A stretch of 64,000 bases of DNA from Macrostomum lignano (Eukaryota), in contig NIVC01001523.1 in NCBI GenBank assembly GCA_002269645.1, forward strand, positions 210,183-274,182. Reading direction: 5' to 3'. Made by a program: the position numbers and the translations under genes. This document shows, piece by piece, positions 53,956-64,000 of this stretch. Position 1 is the stretch's first letter. Each line of letters begins with the position of its first letter. The notes under the pieces were generated by a model. The model had not been told where the DNA came from and did not search any database. It saw nothing but the letters and a program-made list of their open reading frames with translations.

Positions 53956-54819
53956 AACACACTGGGTGATCTGGGTGACAGCTGGCAAGGTCTGTAGCTG
54001 AGCGATGAGTCAGTGGCTGAGGCCAGTGAGCAGAGAATTCCAACTGGAATTGAACTCGCAGCGCACACACAGCTAGGCAGGTTTTCCTAAACTCAATCTG
54101 GAGCAGATGCTCATTAATTAATCAGCTTACTGGGCTTTCAATTATTCTCCTTAGTCTGCACAGTCCTGCCACCAAGAACTCCCTTTGACACGCGGCCAAG
54201 GAAACTAGTAATTGAACTTCAATAACTAAATTCTGTAAAAAATTGTGCAAGCCAAACAATGCATATGATTTAAAACTGTAAGGATCAAAGCTGGTATTCT
54301 CAATTCACTCTACGCTTGCGTCTTGGGAATGGAATTGGGAATAATACTGTTCTATAAGCCTCTCTTTATTAGTGGCGGACACTAGCTCCCAATCTGATGT
54401 TTTATTCATGCAGCCTGGGCCTCCTGCAACAATATACAGTAGCATATACATGCCCCCTAATGCAGTATGTAGAATAGCCACCACGACGGCGCACGGCATA
54501 TCTGGTCGGCTTGTCACTCGTCGCATTGTTAGGCAATAGCGCGCGTGGGTAACGGGGACGCAGTGCCGGCAGAAGTCTTGCCGATCTGCAGCTTTTATTG
54601 TTGTTAAGGCCCTGTTTTAATACAATATAATCCTGTGTGGCGGCGACGGCCGTGGGCGGTGATTTGTGAGCATTGGTCTTGGGTGGATTCATTTTCGCCT
54701 CTTTAACTGCTTTTTCTTGACTTTGTGTGCTTTTGCTCTCTTCTCTTATATCTTTATTTAGCTACCCTGTTCTCCCCCACTCTTGCCTGAACCCTCTTCT
54801 TCTGTCTGCCCTCTCTCCG

Positions 54820-55830
54820 TCCCTTGTTTCCCCTCTCCGTCCCTTCTTTTCCCCTCTCCGTCCCTTCTTTTCCCCCTCTCCGTCCCTTCTTTTCCCCTCT
54901 CCGTCCCTTCTTTTCCCCTCTCCGTCCCTTCTTTTCCCCTCTCCGTCCCTTCTTTTCCCCGCTCCGTCCCTTCTTTTCCCCCTCTCAGTCCCTTCTTTTC
55001 CCCCTCTCCGTTCCTACCTTCCACCTCTCTGTACCTTCTCCCCCTCTCCGTCCCTTCTTTTCCCCCTCTCCGTACCTTCGCCCCCTCTCCGTCCCTTCTT
55101 TTCCCCCTCTCCGTACCTTCGCCCCCTCTCCGTCCCTTCTTTTCCCCTCTCCGTCCCTTCTTTTCCCCTCTCCGTCCCTTCTTTTCCCCCTCTCAGTCCC
55201 TTCTTTTCCCCCTCTCCGTTCCTACCTTCCACCTCTCTGTACCTTCTCCCCCTCTCCGTCCCTTCTTTTCCCCCTCTCCGTACCTTCGCCCCCTCTCCGT
55301 CCCTTCTTTTCCCCCTCTTCGTACCTTCGCCCCCTCTCCGTCCCTTCTTTTCCCCCTCTCCGTACCTTCGCCCCCTCTCCGTCCCTTCTTTTCCCCCTCT
55401 CCGTACCTTCGCCCCTCTCCGTCCCTTCTTTCCCCCTCTCCGTCCCTTCTTTTCCCCCTCTCCGTCCCTTCTTTTCCCCCTCTCCGTCCCTTCTTTTCCC
55501 CCTCTCCGTCCCTTCTTTTCCCCCTCTCCGTCCCTTCTTTCCCCCTCTCCGTACCTTCATTTCCCCCTCTCCGTCCCTTATTTTCCCCTCTCCGTCCCTT
55601 CTTTTCCCCCTCTCCGTCCCTTCTTTCCCCTCTCCGTCCCTTCTTTTCCCCCTCTCCGTCCCTTCTTTTCCCCCTCTCCGTCCCTTCATCCCCCTCTCCG
55701 TTATTCTCCCCCTCTCCGTCCCTTCTTCTCCCCTCTCCGTCCCTTTCTTTCCCCTTCTCTGTCCCTTCTTCTCCCCCTCTCTGTACCTTCTTCTCCCCCT
55801 TTTTGTACCTTATTTTCCCCTCTCTCCGTC
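54820..55830. repeat. Pyrimidine-rich minisatellite (ccctctccgtcccttcttttc)
   Basis: About 1 kb of tandem variants. Confidence 0.92.
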
Positions 55831-56319
55831 CCTTCCCCTGCCTTACACATTCCACATCCTGTCTCACGGTCCATCCCCGCTTCTCCCCATCCTCACCTTT
55901 CTGTTGATTAGCGCCCCTTCGGTGCATCGGTAAATCTCTATTTTTCCACTTCCAATTTGTCTGTTTTTCCTGTTATATTCAGTATTTTTATACTCGGGAC
56001 AATCATCTCAAACGATATAATGCTTCTGAATTGGCCACCTACTGCGCCTATTACAGTCTACGTAATTGCCACGGCCAATATTGCCGATTCGGCAAGCTAT
56101 TGAAGATTAGCCAAGAAAGGTTTGAAAAACATCTTTGAGGAGTTTTATGATGAATTGCTCCACCCCAATCTACCGTACCCAGAATGTGTCAGTGTTTATG
56201 TAAATGGTTTTATCTAAAACAAAGTTAAATTTGTCGCCACTACTTCAAGTAGGAGGTTATGATGAACACAAATATTTGACTGAGTTTTTTAACTGCATGG
56301 TGAGTAATTACTATTGGTC

Positions 56320-56605
56320 TGACAGGTGATATTTCTATCTAACAGGTGATATTTCTATCTAACAGGTGACACTATCCTGTCTAACAGGTGACACTATCCT
56401 GTCTAACAGGTGACACTATCCTGTCTAACAGGTGACACTAAACCTGTCTAACAGGTGACACAATCCTGTCTAACACGTGACACAATCCTGTCTAACAGGT
56501 GACACAATCCTGTCTAACACGTGACACAATCCTGTCTAACAGGTGACACAATCCTGTCTAACACGTGACACAATCCTGTCTAACAGGTGACACTAAAACT
56601 GTCTA
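56320..56605. repeat. 22-bp minisatellite (gtctaacaggtgacactatcct)
   Basis: Tandem array about 300 bp upstream of the FReP ATG. Confidence 0.9.
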
Positions 56606-56901
56606 TCAAGGAGCACAACATATACCGCTATTTTCCATTAATAAAGAGATGTCACGAAGCCAATCTGCAGTTCTAAGCCAACGCAGCCATCATAGTCTCC
56701 TTGCCTTCATCTTCGGAGCAATAAATTAACAACACCGGAAATGCTACACAGGTGTAAGGCGAAGAACAGGCTGTGAAATTTCAAACAAATCAGTTTTTAA
56801 CCAGATTTAAATTAGTCTGTATATAGATGCAAGCACAAGTGAGAATTCAAGTCAAGTGATCTAATTCGAACAACAGTTTATTTCAAAATAAGCTTGTTGA
56901 A

Positions 56902-57490
56902 ATGCCAACTCAAATTTTAGCAGCTGTTTTGCTAATTACAGTTACAGGAATTTGCCGGCCAACCCTCGCTGATCCAGTCGAGTCGCAGCCAGTGCTCACC
57001 TATGAGACAGTGTGCGAGCCACTCAGCTACAATGGTTTGTACCTGAGACACCAGCTTGAGCTGCCCATCACATTGAACATGACTTCAACGTCGGATTTCA
57101 CCCTGATCGACATCGACACCAAAGTGGACAGCGCGCTGATGGCGTTGCATCATCACAAGATGCGCATCACTGTGCAGCCGGCATTTCAACCGCAACTAGC
57201 GGCTCTGGTCTTCATCTGTCCGACATTCTACCGGTGCCAGCAGTTGAAAGAATCTGTGGCCAGCAACCCGGAAACTGTGTGGCGCTCCATCCAGTTCAGC
57301 TTCAGCGCACAAATTGATAATAAAATTGTTCGTTATAAAAATCTTCGCACGGTCAATCTGCCGTCCATCGCGTGCGACCCGGGCCAGTGGGTGGTCTTCC
57401 AACGACGCGTTGATGACAGCCTGTCGTTTGCGCAGGACTGGGACGCCTACGTGAACGGGTTCGGTTCGCCCGGCTCCAACTACTGGATGG
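56902..57490 (+). CDS. Secreted fibrinogen-related protein exon 1 (signal peptide, unknown N-domain, start of FBG domain)
   Basis: Hydrophobic signal MPTQILAAVLLITVTGICRPTLA. FBG motifs CDPGQWVVFQRRVDDSLSFAQDWDAYVNGFG...NYWMG. Donor g|gtgagc at 57491. Confidence 0.9.
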
Positions 57491-58718
57491 GTGAGCTCTT
57501 GTAAGGCCAGACCACAGATACTCAAATAGCTAGATGGGTCATTCATCAGTGACATAGACTTTGTAAAATTGCTTTCTACTTAAAAAAAACTCAAAAACAC
57601 AAAGCAGGGGGTGCCTGCTTGTCAGGGCCGCGTGGTGACACTCCGTTGAAGGTCCCGAAGGTCGTCCAGACAGAGCTGAATGCTGAACATGGTGCAGGAC
57701 CATTGAATATAATATGCAGACATGCCTGGTTTGGTGCCTTGATAGAAAAATCACGATGTTGGCGGTGTCAGCTCATCGGGGCCGCGTGGTGGCACTCCGT
57801 TGAAGGTCCCGAAGGTCGCCTGTATGTCTACAGTTCAGCCTAGAGGGTTGCCATCGTCCATTTCATTCACCGATTGTGTCTACTGACTGAATGCTGCATG
57901 CAGAAGAGGATTCTTCCATTTCAGTTTTGGGAACGCAGCCGTCTGTGAGATACCGATCGGGTGCTTTTGTTGAAGGTCCCGACGGTCGCCGCCGATGCTC
58001 CAGACGGTGATGAAGGTGACCCTGGTGCCTGGGATGCTGAGAGCAAAAGTCCCTGCGACTGATATGCATAGTTTGTTGAGCCGACCTGGTTTCATGATGA
58101 GGTTTTGTGAGCAGAAAAATTTGGCCAATGTTGGTGGTTTTTGCCACCAGACACCCCAAGGAGAATCGCTGAATATCTCGACGATGCCAATTTTTTTGTG
58201 ATTCTCGAAGTTGCTTCATCAAATAGAGCGGAAAATTTTAGCCCGTGTTCAGGATTTTCATGGCAATTGGTTGAATATTTTTGGAGATACAGACAAAGGA
58301 AAAATGTGTGTATTTGAAATACACCTCCATTGTCTTTCTACTGTTAAAAAAAATAAAATGCTTCTGTTCAACTTACTACTGAACTGAAAGTAGCTTACAC
58401 GCAAATGTGCTGAGCGGCCCATCCAGTTATTCTAGTGTCTGTGGGCCGACCAGCTGGACAGTTTAAAAATGCGCCCGACCCGACTCTCAGCCCTGGCAGG
58501 ATTGCATAAAGGTTTGGTGACTGGTGACACTACCAGTGACCAGTGACCAGTGATTTTTATCGGTCTGAGAAGAGCTGACAAAACTAACCATATTTCATTA
58601 AGACTATCATTTGCTATACACAGGTGGGTGACTCTAATGATATTTCCGGATACCTGAAGCTCTAGTAGGTGGATTTATGAAATTGAGCCCCTGTGTTTCG
58701 ATTCGGTGCGCAAACGCA

Positions 58719-59082
58719 TTTTTTTATTAGAGGCAGGGGGTTGTGTGCACCCTGGCGCACTTTAAGCGACATCAACACACAATCGGCGAGAGGCATTACT
58801 GCCCATTCCGCCGACTCCCCTGAGCAGGCACACTAGCGCGCGGATACGTACGCAGGCACACACTCACACAGGAGTGTACAGCGGCCCTAACTTTATTTTA
58901 TCGTTAGGCATGTACACTTCACTGCGCCTTGGGGGGTTGGCTCTCAAGGCCGTTAATTGCACGAGCAGAGCCAAGCCGAGATTCCAATTCAGCCCAAATT
59001 AATGTGACTGCACTTGGAATCGAGCCTGGGTCGCTGGCACACCAGAGCCTGCGCTACCGCTGGGCTACGCCCCCCCCCCCTA
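58719..59082 (-). mobile_element. Full-length tRNA-derived SINE
   Basis: Minus-strand head GGGGCGTAGCCCAGCGGTAGCG...CCAGGCTCGATTCC has A- and B-box-like motifs. Tail ends AATAAAAAAA. Direct repeat tgcgcaaacgca at 58707-58718 and 59083-59094 (12-bp TSD). Confidence 0.85.
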
Positions 59083-59139
59083 TGCGCAAACGCAACATTT
59101 TTGTTGTTTGTGTGCACGAAAATTGACCGGTGGTGGGTT

Positions 59140-59330
59140 GTGCGATTCGCACCCAGGAGGGCCACCCCAAGGCACAGAGAGAGCACATGCCTGACGATTA
59201 GAAAGTCAAAGGGCCGCTGTACACCCTGTGTGAGCGTGTGTATGAGTGCTGTGCTTGCGTACAGTATTGGCGCGCTTGTATGTGCTCAGGAATGAGTGGA
59301 ATGGGCAGAATTGCCTCAGCCTCAGGATGC
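59140..59330 (+). mobile_element. Partial, diverged copy of the same SINE body
   Basis: ccccaagg...acgattagaaagtcaaagggccgctgtacaccctgtgtgag...gaatgggcag is the reverse complement of the core at 58790-58960. Confidence 0.7.
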
Positions 59331-59715
59331 TTTAGCGTTACCCTCAGCCCTCCTATACAATATTTATTCATTCAATACGAGTAGTTGACCCGACCTTGAC
59401 AACAGAATTCAATGCAGCATACAGTGTATGGCGCGATCTCTTGCCCGGGTCAGAGAAAGACACGAGATGCCAATCCGCCGCGTGACTTTCATTCCAGGGT
59501 AAATCGTGAAAATATAAACAAATAAAGCAAGCTGATGGTAGAAGTTTCGAAAAACTTGTTTACAAAAAAATCCAGCAATTGCTAGCGTGACTTTACAACA
59601 TCGATACTAAATCGTGATGCTTTCACAGAGAAACCTAACGTTGTCTTAAACGTGCAAAAATAAGACGAAGAAACTTTAATTTAGTTTAAAGTTGATGATG
59701 ACTATTAAGTTAGAG

Positions 59716-60268
59716 CAGGGGTCGGCAACTCCGGCCCAAGGGCCACATGAGGCCCGCGAAGCCTTTCCATCCAGCCCTCGGGTCCTTTGAAACTTCACAA
59801 TACTCGTAGTAATCTGGCCCGCTCATGGTTTGTGTCTCTTCTCAGCTTTCATATCCCCTCTCCCCTCTCTACTATCCCCTTTCTCCTCTCTCCTACGACG
59901 TATCCCCTCTCCCCCACTCCGCTCTCTCTTCTCCCCCTCTCTCCGCTCTCTTCTCTCTCCCTTCTCTCCCCTCTCCTTTCTATCCTCTCTCCTCTCTTTC
60001 CTCTCTCCTCTCTTTCCTCTCTCCTCTCTCCTCTCACCCCTCTCTCCTCTCTCCTCTCTTTCCTCTCTCCTCTCTCCTCTCCCCCCTCTCTCTTCTCTCC
60101 TCTCTCCTCTCTCCTCTCTCCCCTCTCTCTTCTCAGCTCCCTTCTTTTCTCATCATGTCTTGTTTCTTATCTCTTCGATTCCCTTTCCTTTCCTCTCTCA
60201 TCTGGCCCGTAGCCATGACCTGGATTCTTGATCCGGCCCTTGAGGTAAAAAAAGTTTGCCCACCTTTG
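59716..60268. mobile_element. hAT (Buster/Charlie-type) MITE with internal CT-rich expansion
   Basis: Termini caggggtcggcaac and gtttgcccacctttg. Perfect 8-bp TSD AGTTAGAG at 59708-59715 and 60269-60276 with central TA. Confidence 0.85.
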
Positions 60269-60282
60269 AGTTAGAGTTACAA

Positions 60283-60484
60283 GCAGGGGTCTTTGTGCAC
60301 TCTGGCGCACTTTAAGCGACATTGTCATACAACCGGCATGAGGCATCACTGCCCATTCCGCCGACTCCCCTGAGCAAGCACACAAGCGCGCGGATACGTA
60401 TGCAGGCACACACTCACACAGGTGTACAGCGGCCCTACCTTCCAATCTTCAGGCATGTGTACTCTCCGTGCTTTCGGGCTTGGC
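60283..60484 (-). mobile_element. 3' part of the same SINE family
   Basis: Near-identical to 58733-58950 (gcgcactttaagcgaca, ctgcccattccgccgactcccctgagca, gtacagcggccct). Confidence 0.8.
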
Positions 60485-60572
60485 TTACTTAAGTAATCCT
60501 CATTTAGAATTAGCACACGGACAAAGATAATGCATTCCATGGGAAATCATTGATTATCTGGTGTAATTTCAG

Positions 60573-61036
60573 GCCTGGACCAGTTATTTAAGACGACAGT
60601 CACCAGTGCCAATCGTGACTCGCCGCGGACCTCCAGATGTCGACTGCGCATCGAGATTGAGGACTTCAATGGCGAGACCTACATGGGAGAGTACCGAATG
60701 TTCCAGGTGCTGGATCCTAAGCAGAACTATCGATTGAAGGTGGGAAATGCCGTGCCAGACTCGGATCTGACCAGCTGGGCCAGAGTGCACAACGAGATGC
60801 AGTTCAGCACGTACGACCGCAAGCACGATAGACAGGCTGGCACGTCCTGCTCGCATCAGCACGGCTACGGAGGCTGGTGGTACGAATCCTGCCACCACAT
60901 GAATCTCAACGGAGCCTATCTCACTGACAGGAATATTACTAATAGTAGTGCTGATAGCAAATTTTATGCATCAGTTCTGCATCGTTCATCGTATCGGCCA
61001 GTGAAGAGAACGCTGATGATGCTCAAGTGCGGCTGA
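60573..61036 (+). CDS. Fibrinogen-related protein exon 2 (rest of FBG domain)
   Basis: tttcag|GC CTG GAC reads GLDQL...LRIEIEDFNGET..EY..F...NYRLKV...HNEMQFSTYDR...GGWWYESCHHMNLNG. Phase 1 matches exon 1; total 350 aa. Confidence 0.92.
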
Positions 61037-61561
61037 GATGCTTTGAGCAAGCGTAATTCCTATCTACTCACGTAGAAGCGTGCACTGAGAACCGTAAATT
61101 TTAAGAATCAGTACAGATAGTTATTATCTGTATCGTATTTAACTCGTTAGGGATTGGTAACTCTGTGGTAACGCTTCCCAATCTCGTGTCGAAAAGCGTG
61201 TCGAGAAAGTCACGTTTAAATATATTGTATGTAACAAACCTGAAGTTGTATCTCTATCTAGCTACCTTCTTCTTCTTATTCTTCTTCCATTCGGGCGCGC
61301 TCGTCCAAGGCCCATGGCACCGGGCGTCAGACGGCGCCCGCCTTCCCGAGGAAGTTCAGCACCGCGACGCAGTTCTCGAAAACTGCGCGGGCTCCGGGCT
61401 TGGCCCCCAGAGGCGGCAGCGGTGTGGAGTGAGGGCAGGGCAGGAGATCAGCAGATGGGCCTTTCACAGAAAGTAGCACGAGTAGCACCCCGGATGCTAC
61501 TCAGACACCCCAGATGCTAATCTGACACCACCGATGCTACTCAGTGCCGTAGCCATTCATG

Positions 61562-62098
61562 CACCACCTTCCGTCACCACTGCCTGTCCTTCGCTGCTCC
61601 TCTTAACCTCTCGATTGTCCATCCGGTCCATTTCTTCAGCTTTTCTTCCAACTCTGTCTTTTCGGTCTTCTTGTTCTTCTTTCACTTCTATTTCTCCTTG
61701 AATAAAGACATTTGTCATGGCTGCCTTCCTCGTCTGATGTTCGTAATATTAGACATTTCTCCACTTGATGATCTCCTCCACAGATTCTGGTTCCTTTCCT
61801 GATACATCCTTAAGTTTTCTCTAAACCTGCAGGCATTTGTTTTTTCTTTTTCCATGAAATCCGTAGCATTCATCTGTAACGGTTCATTTCAAACTCTTTG
61901 AGAGTCTCTTCATACTTTTCTTCCTCAGACACTCGCACCCATAGAGCTGCAGCGTCGCCAATGTGACCGCCGCCAAAGTTCATCCAGCCCTATCATTGAG
62001 CTGGTTGCGACGCCAATTCGGATTCTGATCTTCCAGTTCTTCTCCATCAATCACAATCCCTAGCATGACGTTGTCTCCACCATTCCCTGTCACCTTCT
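61562..62098 (-). mobile_element. RTE-like LINE ORF2 C-terminal fragment, degenerate
   Basis: Across frameshifts it reads RIRIGVA...LQLYGCE...FEMNRYR*MLRISWKKKK...TNVFIQGEI...KKWTGWTIERLRGAAKDRQW, the typical post-RT C-terminus of RTE-type LINEs. Confidence 0.75.
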
Positions 62099-62744
62099 AG
62101 CTAATGCAAAGCTGAAAAACTGACTCTCGAATTTCACGCTCATGAAATCTACCAAAGTGCAATTCGTGGCAAACGAAAACTAATTCGGGGCGCGCGACGG
62201 TCTCTGCCTCCATCAGCTTTGAATTCAAAGCTTCGTGACCGAACGGGGTTTCTCAAGATTTAGGCAAATGATTTAAAATCAATAGAAAAAGCAGAAAAAC
62301 CAAACTGAGCGACGAACAGAAATGATTTATTACTATCCTGCGTGGCTGCTCCACGCTGCACTGGGGGCGACTTTATTCGCCTGCCTGTTGGCGTCCTTCC
62401 TGTGCCACCTGCATCGGAAGCGACGTTCCCGGAGACTGTTGGCCAACCGACGGCGGCTGCCTGCTCAGCGGCCTCGTGCAGTTTGCGGTCGAGACCAAGA
62501 TCAACCTACAATTCGTGCAATAAGCCATCAGTCAGAGAAGCCACAACAGCAACAACAGCAGCAAAAGAAGCGTCTTCGAGCGAGCACCACGAGGCAGCCT
62601 CATCGGACGAGAAATCAGCGATCCCGCAGTAGGCTTCGATCCAGCTCCACGGTCGCTTTGCGCCTGCTGGGGATCACGCGGTGGGGTGAGCACATCGATT
62701 TCAGCCACGCTTTTGAAGACAACCCAGACGCTACAAAGACACCT

Positions 62745-62970
62745 AACATGCTACTGCAGACACCCCACATGCTACTCAGACACCCCAGATGCTACTCAGA
62801 CACCCCATATGCTACTCAGACACCCCATATGCTACTCAGGCACCCCAGCTGCTACTCAGACACCCCAGCTGCTACTCATACACCCCAGCTGCTACTCAGA
62901 TACCCAACAGGCTACTCAGACACCCCAGATGTTACCTAGCACCCAAAGGTTTCTCAGACACTCCACGTGC
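62745..62970. repeat. 21-bp minisatellite (cagatgctactcagacacccc); short copy at 61490-61545
   Basis: Tandem copies. Confidence 0.88.
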
Positions 62971-63264
62971 TGCTCAGACATCCCGGATTTACCTGCTAGT
63001 CATGCACGCCCCGACGCCATTCCAGCTTTTCAACAGTTGGTGTCTCAGCCTCGCCGACGGTCAGATCAGCACCGCATCCGTCCCCAAGAAGTGCTCTTTG
63101 CAGCGCCGTCTCAGGAGCGGCGGTGGTGTCTGCAACTACGGGTTTAACATGGCTCTTGGAAACTTTAAAGGCGGCGGCGGCGGGTGCGGTAGAAGCAGCG
63201 GATTCAAGTGAACTAAACGAATCTTAACGATGCACTGCATTCACTCGCATGAATCCCAGATCCT

Positions 63265-64000
63265 CAATTGCTGCGGCCAGCCTCCCAGATCCTCAGTTGC
63301 TGGGCCAGCCTCCCAGAGTGTCAGTTGCTGGCCAGCCTCCCAGATCTCAGTTGCTGGGCCAGCCTCCCAGATTCTCAGTTGCGCGGCCAGCCTCCCAGAG
63401 TTCAGTTGCTGGGCCAGCCTCCCAGAGTGTCAGTTGCTGGGCCAGCCTCCCAGAGTGTCAGTGCTGGGCCAGCCTCCCAGATCTCAGTTGCTGGGCCAGC
63501 CTCCCAGAGTGTCAGTTGCTGGGCCAGCCTCCCAGAGTGTCCTCAGTTGCTGGGCCAGCCTCCCAGAGTGTCAGTTGCTGGCCAGCCTCCCAGAGTGTCA
63601 GTTGCTGGGCCAGCCTCCCAGAGTGTCAGTTGCTGGGCCAAGCCTCCCAGAGTGTCAGTTGCTGGGCCAGCCTCCAGAGTGTCAGTTGCTGGGCCAGCCT
63701 CCCAGAGTGTCAGTTGCTGGGCCAGCCTCCCAGAGTCAGTTGCTGCGGCCAGCCTCCCAGCAGTGTCAGTTGCTGGGCCAGCCTCCCAGATCCTCAGTTG
63801 CTGGGCCAGCCTCCCAGAGTGTCAGTTGCTGGGCCAGCTCCCAGATCCTCAGTTGCTGGGCCAGCCTCCCAGAGTGTCAGTTGCTGGGCCAGCCTCCCAG
63901 ATCCTCAGGTTGCTGGCCAGCCTCCCAGAGTGTCAGTTGCTGGGCCAGCCTCCCAGTATTCCTCAGCTTGCTGGACAGCCTCCCAGATCTCAGTTGCTGG
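63265..64000. repeat. About 28-bp minisatellite running off the window end
   Basis: gggccagcctcccagagtgtcagttgct with many 1-bp indels. Confidence 0.93.

Noticed and set aside
54305-54692. Two small minus-strand ORFs, one with a hydrophobic stretch
   Set aside because: No recognisable domain, splice pattern or codon bias support.
57624-57995. Three copies of gttgaaggtcccga(a/c)ggtcg in the FReP intron, considered as CRISPR or ribozyme
   Set aside because: The intervening sequence is over 100 bp and partly homologous (a decayed tandem duplication), and I found no hammerhead CUGAnGA/GAAA core with pairing stems.
59010-59080. tRNA gene
   Set aside because: Has A/B boxes but no complete acceptor-stem cloverleaf, and continues into a SINE body with tail and TSD.
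63061-63063. In-frame minus-strand TGA as selenocysteine
   Set aside because: The frame itself is unproven, a TAG lies further upstream in the same frame, there is no redox motif and I identified no SECIS.

Overview
Eukaryotic, intron-rich and extremely tandem-repeat-rich DNA. The gene style and repeat load resemble a free-living flatworm such as Macrostomum lignano; this is an inference, not a database match. Genes I could reconstruct with GT-AG junctions and phase-consistent frames: the last three exons of an E78/NR1E-like nuclear receptor (+, 2737-6316), a complete Rab8-family GTPase (+, 21240-25946, 210 aa), a klumpfuss-like C2H2 transcription factor (-, 34595-29691, with one frame break), a complete tryptophan 2,3-dioxygenase (-, 48446-41659, 399 aa) and a secreted fibrinogen-related protein (+, 56902-61036, 350 aa). 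Weaker calls are a PH-domain gene end, two broken PAN/C-type-lectin copies and ambiguous exons near 61.3-63.2 kb. Mobile DNA includes a P-element/THAP9 transposase remnant, an RTE-like LINE 3' fragment, a full-length tRNA-derived SINE with a 12-bp TSD, a hAT MITE with an 8-bp TSD and a dispersed hairpin element. About 30 micro/minisatellite arrays explain most of the long low-complexity ORFs in the track. The most intriguing item is an ORF at 13574-14071 whose motif order, judged by eye, fits the RelE/ParE ribosome-dependent RNase toxin fold, yet it sits in a eukaryotic spliced context. This needs profile or structure confirmation. Indel-rich repeats at the right end suggest residual long-read errors, so single-base frameshifts must be treated cautiously.
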